A stretch of 64,000 nucleotides of DNA, from assembly GCF_036321535.1 (NCBI RefSeq), contig NC_087437.1:23624001-23688000 (forward strand), given 5' to 3'. The notes beneath the pieces are model-generated. The model was not told the DNA's origin, did not search any database, and saw only the letters and a list, made by a program, of their open reading frames with translations. Below are positions 61,701 through 64,000 of the stretch, piece by piece (the stretch's first letter is position 1; each line of letters opens with the position of its first letter). The position numbers were made by a program, and so were the translations under genes. Origin of the DNA: Camelus dromedarius (taxonomy: Eukaryota).

Positions 61701-63539
61701 TTTTAGACTATTATTATTCCACCTTTGGATGTACAATTATGTAATCAAATTCCAATCAATGGTTATAGAACTGTGCCAAGTTTTCTATATTACAATCTTA
61801 TTGTGACTATCTTTACACACTAAGGAGCGTGATGAATTCTATGCTCCAATTAGTGAATGAATATTTGAAAATTTTAATAGTTATCACTATAAAATGTTTT
61901 ACTAATACATACCCACTAAGAGGTTGTTAAGAGTATTATTTCTCTCATCAATTACCAACAATACTGAGTATTAACAGACTTTCAATATCAGTAAAACAGG
62001 CAAAACAATCTTACTTTAATTGCATTTTTTTGATAATTTGTGTGGCTGACAATCTTCATATTACTTATACTTTGCATTTTTCTTACTTTGAATTGACTTT
62101 TTTCTCAAATTGGATTGTTGATTGTAGAAGTTCTTAATGAGAGTTCTAGGCATATTAGTATAGTTAGCTCTTTTTCTGTTAACAATTTCCATTTGTATGT
62201 TTGGTTTTGTTTTCATGCAAATATTGAGAATCATGTCCCTATCTAAATGGGGTCTAGGTTTTTTTTTTATCAGTCTCAAAAGTGCTTTCCCACATGCCAT
62301 GCTCACAAATGTTCATTCAAGTGTTCTTTTACTTTCAGGTTTCATATATTAAGATTTAACTTAGTAAACCATCTAGATTTCACTTGTATGTTAATAGTGA
62401 GGGAAAGTTCAAGTTTTACTATTAGGTTTTTCAAATGAATACCTGATTGTCCAAACAAGATCAATTTAATGTTATTTCTTCCCCATTCTCTGATTTAAAA
62501 TGTATGCTTACCAAATGTCTGCTTTCCTTTTATTCTTAAATGTCTCTTCAGTTTCCTCAATTCTGGTAGTACCCTATTCCCTATAATACGGCCTTTTAAT
62601 CACTATAGTTTCATAATATCTTTCATTATATAGTAAAATCTCCATATATATGTACATTTTTCTTTGAATTGAAAGCTTCCTGGCAAGCGTGTTTTTCCAC
62701 TTGAGCTAAACAGTTGCTTTAAAAACAAATTCGGATATAACTATTTAATTTATATGTTCTTTTAGAGAAATTTTCGTCTAGAAAAATGTTACGTGTTTTA
62801 TTATACTTTTACCTATACATTCCCATACACACATTTAATACATTTTCAATAGGTCCCTAATGTTTTATGTCTTTTTTAAAAATAGGTTTTTCAATTTTGT
62901 ATTATTTCATGCTAAATCGAATGGTTTATTTTCTATTTTCTAGTCGTATTTATATAAATAACATCTATGAATATCTGTAAATTACGGTTAGACGCAATTT
63001 GACACTTCACTAAATTCTCTTACTGCTTCTGTGAGATTTTCAGTTGTTTTCTGTTAAGTATTCAAGTTACACAATCACTCCATGAGCAAAATTGTGAAAA
63101 TGCTGTTTTCTTTCCTAATCAGAATGTTAACGTGTTCTCCTGTCTGATGCCTCTGGCCTATACCACTCAACAGTGTCAGAGTACGGAAATGATGCCCGTG
63201 ATAGCGAGATAGATGTAGGTTATCTTTCTACTCCTCAAGTAGTTAACACCCAATTTAAAATATTGAAGCCATACCCCTTTAAGTAGGTGGGAAACCAGCC
63301 TTAGTGCATCATATCTTCATCCGTACTAGTCTGGGTGGCTACATTTTATATGTGCAACATAACATTTAGAACTCAACTAAACTGTAGACCGTAAGGGAAG
63401 ACCAAAAATTAAATGAAAGAAAATTCTAAGTCTTGAAATATAAACGTTTTATTTTATAAAAACAAAGCAACTGCACCCCGAAATAAATCACACCCAGGTG
63501 TGATTGCTGAAGGTTCAAGTGAGAGACGGGCTCTCTCCA

Positions 63540-64000
63540 GTTACCCCCGCCCGACTCGTACAGTGATATCAAACCCTTTTACCTGGCCCTGAGTCGGCCT
63601 GGCCCGGGTCCCTGAGAGCAGCGCGGAGGGAGCGCCCGCCAGAGACCCGGCCTGCGGGGCAGAAACGCGCGGGTGGCGGGCGACCCCGGGAGACGCGCGT
63701 TCCGCGCGCAGGAGACGCGGGAAAGAGGCGCAGCGCAGCCGGGCAGCGCAGCCAGCGCTGCGGAGCGCGCTTCTGCGCCGGCGGAACCGTCTCACCAACA
63801 CGGCCTGGGTCCCGGGGCCTCGGCCGCCGACTCCAGATCCACGAGGCCCCGACTTCGACCCAGCCCCGGAGGCCGCTCGCTGCCGGGCCCGCCTCGTCCC
63901 CGGGTAGACGCGCACTGGGCGCCCGGGGACTTCGGCAACCACCTGAGGATGCAGCGCGGGGGGCGAGGCGGGCTGGGGTCTGCCAGCCCAGGACGCCGCG
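63540..64000 (-). promoter_or_regulatory. PLSCR4: CpG island with the non-coding first exon / promoter of PLSCR4 (runs off the window)
   Basis: Abrupt GC/CpG-rich island 12.5 kb upstream of the ATG exon. Candidate donors TTG|GTGAGA (63796) and CAG|GTAAAA (63583). Confidence 0.8.

Larger units (their letters stand above)
59800..63200 (-). mobile_element. Patchwork of old, degraded L1M fragments
   Basis: T-rich blocks such as TTGAATTGCTGGATC, CTCCTGTGAAATGCCTGTC and CCATCTAGATTTCACTTGTATG. Boundaries rough; probably not continuous. Confidence 0.5.

Noticed and set aside
63541..63942. 133-aa minus ORF in the PLSCR4 CpG island
   Set aside because: GC-driven open frame with a GTG start; the supported start codon is at 51008.
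1..64000. CRISPR arrays, operons or a novel multi-gene system
   Set aside because: This is mammalian intron/exon DNA. I found no regularly spaced repeat-spacer array and no unexplained coding block.

Overview
Mammalian genomic DNA, most likely a camelid (tRNA-Ala-derived vic-1-type SINEs, artiodactyl-type L1 3' ends). It holds two minus-strand genes in the same order as the human PLOD2-PLSCR4 locus. The first is the PLOD2 (lysyl hydroxylase 2) CpG-island promoter and first coding exon at ~2.0-2.7 kb; the rest of that gene lies left of the window. The second is an intact PLSCR4 (phospholipid scramblase 4) gene: 8 coding exons from 51008 to 35599 (996 nt, 331 aa), a ~2 kb 3'UTR and a CpG-island 5' end at the right edge. 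The rest is intronic or intergenic DNA rich in L1, L2, MIR, MaLR/ERV LTRs and hAT/Tigger transposons. Nearly all ORFs in the supplied track are spurious. I see no convincing new gene system. The best observations are: (1) the expected PLSCR4 exon-3 splice acceptor reads AA, with in-frame replacement acceptors just downstream; (2) a solo LTR is flanked by a ~125-bp duplication; (3) a young solo LTR with an R-region hairpin points at PLOD2; (4) there are several template-switch and retrotransposition scars; (5) the PLOD2 promoter combines a TATA box with a TCTCGCGAGA element. Repeat family names and comparisons with human proteins are from recall, not from a database search, and old-repeat boundaries are approximate.
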